Shown piece after piece: positions 18,466 through 26,520 of a stretch of DNA of 29,863 nucleotides; position 1 is the first letter of the stretch; every line of letters begins with the position of its first letter. The notes beneath the pieces were generated by a model. It did no database searches. It was not told the DNA's origin and saw nothing but the letters and a program-made list of their open reading frames with translations. The stretch is from Candidatus Krumholzibacteriia bacterium (lineage in GTDB: Bacteria; Krumholzibacteriota; Krumholzibacteriia; WVZY01): NCBI GenBank assembly GCA_046754105.1, contig JBHHVD010000036.1:1-29863 (forward strand). The letters run 5' to 3'. The position numbers and the translations under genes were made by a program.

Positions 18466-18570
18466 CCGGCGGCATCCTCCAAACCCAAACTGTAACCCAC
18501 TATAATCAGGAAGGTTATACGAACTCGGCGATCTCGCGCCGATACGTTTCCCCGGCTTGCCGCAGATCCA

Positions 18571-18607
18571 TGTCTATTATTCTCCATTCCTTGTAGAATA
18601 TTACACA
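18571..18607. promoter_or_regulatory. Tandem palindromic operator pair (putative UAS) #4
   Basis: TGTCTATTATTCTCCA (18571-18586, 12/16) and TGTAGAATATTACACA (18592-18607, 14/16); 21-bp period. Confidence 0.78.
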
Positions 18608-18766
18608 TCCAACCCGGGAGGACTCTGGGGGGTTCCCTCCGCCAACGGCGGGGCCGCCGGCCGTTCGCCGGCTGGCTCGTCGTCCCTGGCTATCGCATCT
18701 TGTTTCCTGTTGGACTCAACCTGGCTCTCCGGTGTATATTTTTCCGGGCATACCCGAGAAAAGATA

Positions 18767-18795
18767 TTGGGAATCATTTCACAAGTTAGTATATT
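18767..18795 (+). promoter_or_regulatory. Rex-like operator overlapping a putative sigma70 promoter of the ccm operon
   Basis: TTGGGAA-TCAT-TTCACAA (18767-18784) has one mismatch to Rex TTGTGAA-N4-TTCACAA. TTGGGA-N17-TATATT is the candidate -35/-10. Confidence 0.55.
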
Positions 18796-18841
18796 GATTC
18801 CGTAACCTGGTTAATCAATCCAGCCCCCAGCGAGGTTCGGT

Positions 18842-19255
18842 ATGAAACGAAAGAACGGAAGGGTCATCATCGGCGTCGTCATCGTCCTGGCGGCGCTGGT
18901 GTACTTCGGCGCCGCCGGTTTTCAGGAAGGTAAAGCCTACTATAAGACGATAGAGGAACTCAGCGCGATGGGGAATCGCGCGTACGACGCGCGGCTGCGG
19001 GTGGGCGGCACGGTCGCCGAGGGTTCGATTCAGAATGCGGGCACGGGCCTGACCTTCGAGCTCGAACAGAACGATCTCAGGCTCACCGTGGTCTATACCG
19101 GCGCATCGCCGGTGCCCGATACCTTTAAGGACGGCGCCGAAGCGTTGTGCGACGGCGTCTACAAGACGGACGGCACCTTCGAGGCATCGGCGATTCAGGC
19201 CAAGTGCGCGTCCAAGTACGAGGCCGAGTACGGCACCGCGGCCGCGGAAAACTAG
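18842..19255 (+). CDS. ccmE: Cytochrome c maturation heme chaperone CcmE (CxxxY variant)
   Basis: N-terminal TM; LRVGGTV..GS, V.Y.G..PDTFKDG, AKCASKY. Confidence 0.93.
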   Translation: MKRKNGRVIIGVVIVLAALVYFGAAGFQEGKAYYKTIEELSAMGNRAYDARLRVGGTVAEGSIQNAGTGLTFELEQNDLRLTVVYTGASPVPDTFKDGAEALCDGVYKTDGTFEASAIQAKCASKYEAEYGTAAAEN

Positions 19256-19366
19256 ACCGCGGGCTGCGCGCAGTAACGAGTGTATTGAGACCGGCGGTCG
19301 ACCGTGCCGCCGTCCCGCACCGGCGGCGTTTGGCGCCGCCGTTACTTTGATCGAGCGAGGTCTGCA

Positions 19367-21397
19367 GTGGCTAACTTCGGCAACCTTTCCCTGACCCTTG
19401 CATTCGTCTTCGCCGTCTATTCCATCCTCGCCCTGTCCATCGGCCTGAGGATACAGCGAAAAGAACTAGTCAAGTCCGGCAGGCGCGCCGTCTACGCGTA
19501 CTTTGTCTTCGTAACCTGCGCCGTCATGAGCCTCGTCTATCTCCTGGGCACGAGCAATTTCCGGATCGAATACGTCGCGAGCGTGAGTAACGAGGCGATG
19601 CCTTTTTATTATAAACTCGCCGCGCTGTGGGGTGGCCAGGAAGGGTCGCTGCTCTTCTGGACCTGGATCATTTCGATCTACGCGGTTATCGTCGCCTATC
19701 GCAACCGCAACCGCCGCACCGACCTGGTGCCCGCCGCGCTGGCCGTCATGTCGTTGACGGCGCTGTTTTTTCTCGTTCTCAACCGCTTTACGGAAAACCC
19801 GTTCAAGGAACTGGCCATCTCGCACGCCGGCTCGGGAGGCGTCAGCCCGTTCACGCCCGCCGACGGCCAGGGCCTCAACCCGCTCTTGCAACACCCGGTC
19901 ATGGTCATTCATCCCCCGATTCTCTATCTCGGGTACGTGGGCATGGTGGTGCCGTTCGCCTTTGCCATGGCGGCTCTCATCACGCGCGAGCTGGGCAACG
20001 CGTGGATCACGCTGATCCGGCGCTGGACGCTCATCGCGTGGGGATTTCTGGGGCTCGGCATTCTCCTCGGCGGCAAGTGGGCGTACATGGAACTCGGCTG
20101 GGGCGGCTACTGGGCGTGGGACCCGGTCGAGAACGCGTCCCTGATGCCGTGGCTCACGTCGACCGCGTTCCTGCACTCGGTGATCGTGCAAGAGAAAAAG
20201 AACATGCTCAAAGTGTGGAACGTCACCCTGATCATCGCGACTTATCTTCTGGTCATCTTCGGTACCTTTCTGACGCGAAGCGGCGTCGTCTCGTCCGTGC
20301 ACGCGTTCGCCGAGTCCTCGATCGGGCCTTTTTTCGTCGGCTATATCGCGCTGACCGGCGCGGCGTGCGTGCTCCTTATCTTCTCGCGCCTGCAGTACCT
20401 GCGCAGCGAGAACGAGCTCGATTCGGTCGTCTCGCGCGAGAGCAGTTTTCTCTTCAACAACCTCGTATTCCTCGGTGCGTGTTTCGCGGTCCTGTGGGGG
20501 ACGATTTTTCCCGTTGTCTCGGAGGCGATCCAGGGGGAGAAGATCACGGTGGGCGCGCCGTTTTTCAACAAGATCAACATTCCCGTAGGGCTTTTTCTGC
20601 TGTTCTTGACCGGCGTCGGGCCGCTGCTCGCGTGGCGCAAGACATCGATGCGCAGCCTCAGGAAAAACTTCCTGTGGCCCCTGGCCGCCGGGGCGGTGGT
20701 CGGGGCGGCGCTGTTCGCCATTGGGGTGAGGGGTTTCTACGCGCTGATGTCGCTTTTCTTGTGTGTTTTCGTCACGCTGACCATCCTCTTCGAGTTTTAC
20801 CGCGGGGTCCGCGCGCGCGTTCGCGCCCACGGAGAGATGCCGCACCAGGCGCTGCTGCGGCTCGTCTCGAAGAGCAAGCGTCGCTACGGCGGCTACATCG
20901 TGCACTTCGGCATTGTGCTCATTTTCCTTGGGATTACCGGCAACGCCTTCAACCGGGAGACGCAGGGTGAGGTCAAAGAAGGAGAGACGGTGTCGATCGG
21001 GGATTACGAGCTTCGCTGCGAGCGGATATTCGACGGCGAAGCCGCCACGTACTCGTACCTCGCCGCCGATCTGTCGGTAACAAAGGACGGCAAGTCCCTC
21101 GGCACGCTCACACCGGAGAAACGCTACTACCAGGCGAGCGAACAACCGACCTCCGAGGTTGCCCTGCACTCGACACTCGTGGAAGATCTCTATACGGTGT
21201 TCGCCGGTCTCAGCGATGACCAGGAGCGCGCCGTCATCCAGCTGTACCTGAACCCGCTGGTGGCGTGGGTGTGGATCGGCACCCTGGTGCTCGTGTTCGG
21301 CACCATCGTCACCATCCTGCCCGATGCGCACGAGGCGAGAATCCAGCGCAAGAAAAAGCAGCTGGAGCGGCTCCTGCAATCCACGGAGAAAATATGA
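19367..21397 (+). CDS. ccmF: Heme lyase CcmF
   Basis: WGGQEGSLLFW, GLNPLLQHP, HPPILYLGY, WGGYWAWDPVENASL, TRSGVVSSVHAF. GTG start at 19367 with GAGG RBS. Confidence 0.96.
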   Translation: MANFGNLSLTLAFVFAVYSILALSIGLRIQRKELVKSGRRAVYAYFVFVTCAVMSLVYLLGTSNFRIEYVASVSNEAMPFYYKLAALWGGQEGSLLFWTWIISIYAVIVAYRNRNRRTDLVPAALAVMSLTALFFLVLNRFTENPFKELAISHAGSGGVSPFTPADGQGLNPLLQHPVMVIHPPILYLGYVGMVVPFAFAMAALITRELGNAWITLIRRWTLIAWGFLGLGILLGGKWAYMELGWGGYWAWDPVENASLMPWLTSTAFLHSVIVQEKKNMLKVWNVTLIIATYLLVIFGTFLTRSGVVSSVHAFAESSIGPFFVGYIALTGAACVLLIFSRLQYLRSENELDSVVSRESSFLFNNLVFLGACFAVLWGTIFPVVSEAIQGEKITVGAPFFNKINIPVGLFLLFLTGVGPLLAWRKTSMRSLRKNFLWPLAAGAVVGAALFAIGVRGFYALMSLFLCVFVTLTILFEFYRGVRARVRAHGEMPHQALLRLVSKSKRRYGGYIVHFGIVLIFLGITGNAFNRETQGEVKEGETVSIGDYELRCERIFDGEAATYSYLAADLSVTKDGKSLGTLTPEKRYYQASEQPTSEVALHSTLVEDLYTVFAGLSDDQERAVIQLYLNPLVAWVWIGTLVLVFGTIVTILPDAHEARIQRKKKQLERLLQSTEKI

Positions 21398-21972
21398 TGG
21401 CTTCCCTGCCACCCGGACACCGCGCCGTTACCCGCGGGTTGCCCATCGTCGCAGACGCAGCGCGCCGCGTGGTGGCGTTGGGTCTCGCCGTCCTGGTGGC
21501 GGCCGCGGTATCCGCCGTCCTTCTGCCCGTGGGCGCCACTGCCCAGTCGGCCAAGTCGTCGCTCGCCGACCCCGCGCAGGCGGAGATGTTCAACCGGGTC
21601 TCGGACCGCCTCGTGTGCCAGTGCGGCTGCAGCATGATCCTGCGCGTCTGCAATCACTTCGAGTGCCCGTCCGCCATTCCGATGCGGGGAAGAATCGAGG
21701 ACCGGATTCGGGCGGGTGCCGGCAAGGAGGCGATCGTGGCCGGCTTCGTGGACGAGTACGGCAAGGTCGTCCTGGCGACGCCGCCACCCGAGGGCATCAA
21801 CCTCGCCGCGTGGGTCATGCCCGGCTTTGCGGTTCTCATCGGATTGTTTTTGGTGCTCTATTTTGTTTCCAGTTGGGTCACGAAGAAAAGGGCCGCGCCG
21901 GTGCCGGCGACGGTCCCGGTGGACCCCAGCGTCGCCTCGCGTATCGAGGAAGAACTAAAGGCGATGGATTGA
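21394..21972 (+). CDS. ccmH: CcmH-family protein with variant Cys motif
   Basis: ATGA overlap with ccmF; RLVCQCGCSMILRVCNHFECPSA..MR..I, FVDEYG..VLATPP, AWVMP and a C-terminal TM. Confidence 0.8.
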   Translation: MMASLPPGHRAVTRGLPIVADAARRVVALGLAVLVAAAVSAVLLPVGATAQSAKSSLADPAQAEMFNRVSDRLVCQCGCSMILRVCNHFECPSAIPMRGRIEDRIRAGAGKEAIVAGFVDEYGKVVLATPPPEGINLAAWVMPGFAVLIGLFLVLYFVSSWVTKKRAAPVPATVPVDPSVASRIEEELKAMD

Positions 21973-21973
21973 C

Positions 21974-22324
21974 ATGGTGTATACCGTTATCGCATTACTG
22001 GCCGTCGGCGCGTTGATCTTCATCGCGTATCCGCTCGTTTCACGCAAGCGCCACCTGCCTGATCTCGAGGACATGTTCGACTTGGGAGACACGCGGCAGC
22101 GCCGCTACCTGGACGGCAAGAAGCTGTCGATCATCGACAACCTCAAGGAACTCGATTTCGAATACGAGATGGGAAAGCTGTCCGAGGAAGATTACGGCGG
22201 CCTGCGGGATGGGTATCTGAAGGAAGCGCAGGAGACGATCCAGGCCCTCGACAAGCTCAAGGTCCGGGAAGAAATCGAAGAACTCATCGAAAGCGAAGTG
22301 CGCGCGAAACGGCGCACCGAGTAG
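21974..22324 (+). CDS. Small membrane protein, CcmI N-terminal-like
   Basis: N-terminal TM ending YPL; LKELDFEYEMGKLSEEDY resembles the CcmI-type 'EL..D...G.LS..EY' motif; inside the ccm operon. Confidence 0.7.
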   Translation: MVYTVIALLAVGALIFIAYPLVSRKRHLPDLEDMFDLGDTRQRRYLDGKKLSIIDNLKELDFEYEMGKLSEEDYGGLRDGYLKEAQETIQALDKLKVREEIEELIESEVRAKRRTE

Positions 22325-22384
22325 GACACACGCGGCCGCACTGCGCGACGTCGCGCCCCGATACGGATTGAGAAGAGCCACGCC

Positions 22385-23686
22385 ATGAGATTATCGCCCC
22401 CCAAACCGGTCGCTCTCCGGCCGCCGCGCCGTCTTCCGCGCTTGCCCGCCGCGGTCCTGCAGGTCGTGCTCGCGGGCGTCCTCGTGGTTTCGCTCTTGCC
22501 GTCCTCCGCGTTTTGCTTTCAGGTCCTGGGCCGGCTGGTGAACGGCACGACCGGGGAACCGGTGGCCGACGCCCGGATCATCGTGGTTAACCCGAGCGGC
22601 GGCATGATGGTGGAACAGGAAGTCGCGGTCCGCGACGCCGACGGTCATTTCGTCGTCGACGATCTCGACGCAACGAAGCCCGTATACCTGCTACGCGTGC
22701 TCTACGAGGACGTCAACTACACAGAGATCATCCAGTTCGAGGGCCAGGACCCGGTCACGATCGAGGTAAAGGTCTACGAGCCCACGGCGTCCTGGGATCA
22801 CGTCCACGTCTCGGTGCCCCATTTCATCGTCATGCGGAGCCAGGACACGCTCCGCGTCCACAAGTTTTACGAGATCACCAATCACAGTTCGCCGGCCAGG
22901 ACCCTGACCGCTCCTTTCTCCATTTTCATGCCGGAAGACCGTATCGCGCTCAACTCCTGCAGCGTCACGTCGCTGGGCATGCCCGTGCCGCGAACCCCGC
23001 AGCCGAGCGATGAAGCGGGAATCTACACCGTCAGCTATCCCCTGAAACCGGGCGGCACCCAGATTTCCGTATCGATGGACCTGCCGTACGGCGGCGGCAG
23101 CTATACGTACGACGAGCCGCTCAAGTACGACATCGACGAGCTTGTCATCCTGGTGAGCGATCCCACGCTTGAGATCACGCGAGATGGGCAAGCGGTCGAA
23201 CGAACCGAAGAGGTACGCGGCTTTTCGGGGTACCGCCTGGCGGGCCTCACCAGGGGCTCGAACCTCTCGCTCACCTTCACGGGGGGCAGCGCCGTGGCGG
23301 GCGGGGGTTCCGGAAACGGTAGTGCCGGGAGCGTGCCGGCGGGGCACGGCGTCATCATCGTGCCGAACGAGACGCAGGGGGTCTCGTTGGCGCTCATGGT
23401 CATCCTCGGATTCGTGCTGGTGGGACTGCTCGCCTTCGTCTCCGGCCGGCCGAAGTCAAAAACAATGCAGCAAGAGGCGCTCCTCGCCCACCGGAACATC
23501 CTGCTGACCCAGCTGGCGCGGCTGGACGATCTCCACAAGACCGGCACGCTCTCCGAGAAGATTTACTCGATCAAACGTACCGAGTTGATGAACGACCTGG
23601 CCCAGGTCTACTACCGAGCGAAGTTCGACCGCGGGTCTCGCGCGAAACGGAAGAAAAAGAAGCGACAGGGGGCGGCGCGTGTCTAG
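22385..23686 (+). CDS. Membrane-anchored beta-rich accessory protein of the ccm operon (carboxypeptidase-regulatory-like N-terminal domain, CcmI-like C-terminal motif)
   Basis: Signal/TM; GRLVNGTTGEPV; second TM near the C-terminus followed by LLTQLARLDDLHKTGTLSEKIY; overlaps the ccmA start. Confidence 0.75.
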   Translation: MRLSPPKPVALRPPRRLPRLPAAVLQVVLAGVLVVSLLPSSAFCFQVLGRLVNGTTGEPVADARIIVVNPSGGMMVEQEVAVRDADGHFVVDDLDATKPVYLLRVLYEDVNYTEIIQFEGQDPVTIEVKVYEPTASWDHVHVSVPHFIVMRSQDTLRVHKFYEITNHSSPARTLTAPFSIFMPEDRIALNSCSVTSLGMPVPRTPQPSDEAGIYTVSYPLKPGGTQISVSMDLPYGGGSYTYDEPLKYDIDELVILVSDPTLEITRDGQAVERTEEVRGFSGYRLAGLTRGSNLSLTFTGGSAVAGGGSGNGSAGSVPAGHGVIIVPNETQGVSLALMVILGFVLVGLLAFVSGRPKSKTMQQEALLAHRNILLTQLARLDDLHKTGTLSEKIYSIKRTELMNDLAQVYYRAKFDRGSRAKRKKKKRQGAARV

Positions 23687-24419
23687 CGACAACGCTGCGG
23701 CCGTCTCCGGCGGCGAGGCCATTCTCCGCACACGGGATCTCAGCAAACGATTTGGCAGCTTGACGGCGCTCCATTCCGCCTCGCTGCAGCTCGACCGCGG
23801 CGAGTGCCTCGCGGTGTTCGGAAGAAACGGCGCGGGCAAGACCACCCTGCTACGAATCGTGGCGACCTTGATCCGCTCGTATACGGGCGGCGTGTACCTC
23901 TTCGGCCAGGAACTCAACGCGGCGGGAGACGATATCCGCCGCCGCCTCGGATTTGTCTCGCACGAGAGCTTTCTCTACGAGGATCTGCCCGTCACCGACA
24001 ACCTCACATTTTACGCGCGCCTTTACGGTCTCGACCGGGCGGAGGAGCGTGTCCGGCGCACGATCCGTGACATGGGCCTGGAGGCCAAGGCCGCCGTGCC
24101 CGTACGGGCGCTGAGCCGCGGGATGAAACAGCGCCTGTCGCTGGGACGGGCGTTCCTGCACGAGCCGGAGCTGCTGCTGTTCGACGAGCCCTTCACCGGT
24201 CTCGACGAGCGTGCGGCCGATCTGCTCGACGGGCGCATCGCCGAGTTCAAGCGCGGGGGCGGGTCGCTCATGATGGCGACGCACAATGCGGAGCGCGGCT
24301 GGCGCCACGCGGACCGCGCCGTGGTGCTGGACCGGGGATCGGTGGTGTACGAGGCGGTGGTAGCGGATACTCCGTTCGATGCGTTTCGCGCGGCGTACCG
24401 GGATATCTTATCGAGCTAG
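23679..24419 (+). CDS. ccmA: Heme ABC exporter ATP-binding protein CcmA
   Basis: GRNGAGKTT, LSRGMKQR, LFDEPFTGLD, ATH; located before ccmB. Confidence 0.92.
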   Translation: MSSDNAAAVSGGEAILRTRDLSKRFGSLTALHSASLQLDRGECLAVFGRNGAGKTTLLRIVATLIRSYTGGVYLFGQELNAAGDDIRRRLGFVSHESFLYEDLPVTDNLTFYARLYGLDRAEERVRRTIRDMGLEAKAAVPVRALSRGMKQRLSLGRAFLHEPELLLFDEPFTGLDERAADLLDGRIAEFKRGGGSLMMATHNAERGWRHADRAVVLDRGSVVYEAVVADTPFDAFRAAYRDILSS

Positions 24420-24542
24420 TGCCGTGGGCGTTCGCGCGGGTCCTGTCGCCGATTACCCCCACCGTGCTCGCTCTCGCTGCGCGCGGCGGGGGCCCCCCAT
24501 CGGCGCCACCCGCGCGCACGAGGCACACTGAGACGAACAGTT

Positions 24543-25208
24543 ATGCGACACGCGATCGCCACCATACTGTGGAAGGACCTGAAGATCGAGCTTCGCACCC
24601 GCGAGGCGTTCAGCGCTTCGTTCGTGTTTTCGGTGCTGGTGCTGGTGATCTTCAACTTCACCATGGACCTTACGAGCGCCGAAGCGCTCAAACTCGGCGC
24701 CGGTTTTCTGTGGGTGGCCTTCGCCTTCGCCGGTATCCTCTCACTCAACCGTTCGTTCACCCTGGAGAAGGCGGAAAACTGTCTGCACGGCCTGCTGCTG
24801 GCGCCGATCGACCGCGGCGGCATCTTTCTCGGCAAGTTCTTAGCCAACACGATGTTCATGCTCGCCACCGAGGTCATCATCCTGCCGCTGTTTGCGATCT
24901 TCTTCAACGTCGATATCGGTGCGCGGCTGGGGCTGCTGCTCGTCATACTCGTGCTGGGGACGGTGGGGTTTTCTTCGGTGGGCACGCTGTTTTCGGCTAT
25001 CGCCGTGCACACGCGCATGCGGGAAGTGATGCTGCCCGTGCTCCTCTTGCCGGTGACGGTGCCGGTGCTGATCGCCTCGGTGGAAACGACCGCCTGGGCC
25101 CTCGGCGCCCAGGAAGGCGCTTCCTTCTGGTTCAAGCTTCTGGTAACGTATGACGTGGTTTTCGTGACGGCTTCTTTTCTGGTGTTCGAATACGTGATAC
25201 AGGAATGA
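24543..25208 (+). CDS. ccmB: Heme exporter protein CcmB
   Basis: WKDLKIELR, LNRSFTLEK, IFLGK, REVMLPVLLLP..VPVLI; about 6 TMs. Confidence 0.93.
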   Translation: MRHAIATILWKDLKIELRTREAFSASFVFSVLVLVIFNFTMDLTSAEALKLGAGFLWVAFAFAGILSLNRSFTLEKAENCLHGLLLAPIDRGGIFLGKFLANTMFMLATEVIILPLFAIFFNVDIGARLGLLLVILVLGTVGFSSVGTLFSAIAVHTRMREVMLPVLLLPVTVPVLIASVETTAWALGAQEGASFWFKLLVTYDVVFVTASFLVFEYVIQE

Positions 25209-25212
25209 AACG

Positions 25213-25989
25213 ATGACGGCACACGAAGAAGAACGACGCGCCGCCCCCGCGGGAGCGCAGCCGGGATCACCCGCTGGTCTTGCGACGCGGCCCAAGGGAG
25301 CGCTCGCCACCGTGGCCGGCGCCGCCATGATGATCGCGTTGTACATGGCGCTCGTCTATGCGCCGCGCGAGCAGACCATGGGCGACGTGCAGCGCATTTT
25401 TTATTTTCACGTCCCGTCGGCGTGGGTTGCTTTTCTGGCGTTCTTCCTGGTTTTCCTGTTCAGCTCCATCTATCTCATGCGCGGCGGCAAGAAATGGGAC
25501 ACGCGCGCCGCCGCTTCTGCCGAGATCGGCATTCTCTTTTGTACGCTGGTCTTGATCACCGGGCCCATCTGGGCCAAGCCGGTGTGGGGGATCTGGTGGA
25601 CGTGGGATGCGCGGCTAACGCTCACCCTCGTCCTGTGGCTCATCTACGTCGGCTACCTGATGCTCCGCCACTACATCACCGATCCCGAGCGCCGCGCGAC
25701 CTTCTCGGCCGTGGTGGGGATCATCGGTTTTCTCGACGTGCCGATCGTGTATTTCTCCATCCGCTGGTGGCGCACGCAGCACCCGCAACCGGTTCTTGCC
25801 GGTGGGGAGGACTCGGGCCTGGCGCCGCCGATGCTGTATACACTTCTTGTGTGTCTCGCGGCTTTTACACTGTTGTTTGTCGTGCTTTTGAGAATGCGGG
25901 CACGCCTGGAAGGGCTTAGCGACGAACGCGACCGACTGCAGGCCCTCGCCGATGCACCCGCTGCCGGACAACACGGAGGTGTTTCATAA
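25213..25989 (+). CDS. ccmC: Heme exporter protein CcmC
   Basis: IFYFHVPSAW, WWD motif GPIWAKPVWGIWWTWDARLT, WWRTQHP. Confidence 0.95.
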   Translation: MTAHEEERRAAPAGAQPGSPAGLATRPKGALATVAGAAMMIALYMALVYAPREQTMGDVQRIFYFHVPSAWVAFLAFFLVFLFSSIYLMRGGKKWDTRAAASAEIGILFCTLVLITGPIWAKPVWGIWWTWDARLTLTLVLWLIYVGYLMLRHYITDPERRATFSAVVGIIGFLDVPIVYFSIRWWRTQHPQPVLAGGEDSGLAPPMLYTLLVCLAAFTLLFVVLLRMRARLEGLSDERDRLQALADAPAAGQHGGVS

Positions 25990-26120
25990 TGGGATGGCTC
26001 TTTGCGGCATTCGCCGTGATCTGGGTCGTGTTCTTTTTCTACGTCATCCATCTAAACAAACGGCAGAGCCAGCTTGCCGCCGAGATCGAGGGGCTAAAAC
26101 GCAGGCTGCCGGGTTCGTAG
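25989..26120 (+). CDS. ccmD: CcmD family small membrane protein
   Basis: Not in the ORF track (43 aa). ATG overlaps the ccmC TAA; GGAGGT RBS. MGWLFAAFAVIWVVFFFYVIHLNKRQSQLAAEIEGLKRRLPGS is a TM plus basic/coiled tail. Confidence 0.85.
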   Translation: MGWLFAAFAVIWVVFFFYVIHLNKRQSQLAAEIEGLKRRLPGS

Positions 26121-26357
26121 TCGCAGGGCCGAAACGGGTGCCGGCGCGTAGGGGTGGGGGTCGACGGCGAGTTCCGCAGCGCGCCGACCGGCGATGTGGT
26201 TTCGAAGTACCTCTGTCCGCGCGTGAGGACTGTCTGAGCCGGAGTGCCCCGCCCCTGCGCGCCAAGTTAGTCGTCACTACCCGATCCGATTCCCGCGCGG
26301 CGGACCATACCCGGGGTACTTCTGTTCCGTCACTCAATTACAAGGTTTATTAAACAG

Positions 26358-26386
26358 TTGAAGATCCGGTGATCTAATGGTATGAT
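26358..26386 (+). promoter_or_regulatory. sigma70-type promoter for the large secreted protein gene
   Basis: TTGAAG-N17-TATGAT with extended -10 TG and an AT-rich upstream element. Confidence 0.65.
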
Positions 26387-26520
26387 ACGTGCCGTTGCCG
26401 GCCTAAGCGAGCCGTCGGTGCGGCTGTCCCCATCGCAACCGAGCCCGATGCGAAGGACATCGCCCCCCCGGGGTTGAACCTGAATTGCCGCGTGTCGCAG
26501 CGGCGAGAGGGAGAGGCCGC

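Noticed and set aside
5507..18607. The palindrome pairs as CRISPR repeats or transposon/MITE ends
   Set aside because: Only pairs with 4-5 bp between copies, degenerate, no cas or transposase gene, and always positioned upstream of -24/-12 elements.
551..18607. Calling the metal cluster a mobile genomic island
   Set aside because: No integrase, transposase, tRNA or flanking direct repeats seen, and a composition shift could not be quantified without computation.
19321..19341. GC hairpin CGGCGGCG-TTTGG-CGCCGCCG between ccmE and ccmF as a terminator
   Set aside because: Only a weak T-tract follows and it sits mid-operon; at most an mRNA stability or pausing element.
26394..26520. c-di-GMP-I riboswitch suggested by CCGGCCTAA in the leader of the large secreted protein gene
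   Set aside because: The upstream GGCAAAC...GAAA...GACGCAAAGC elements are absent.
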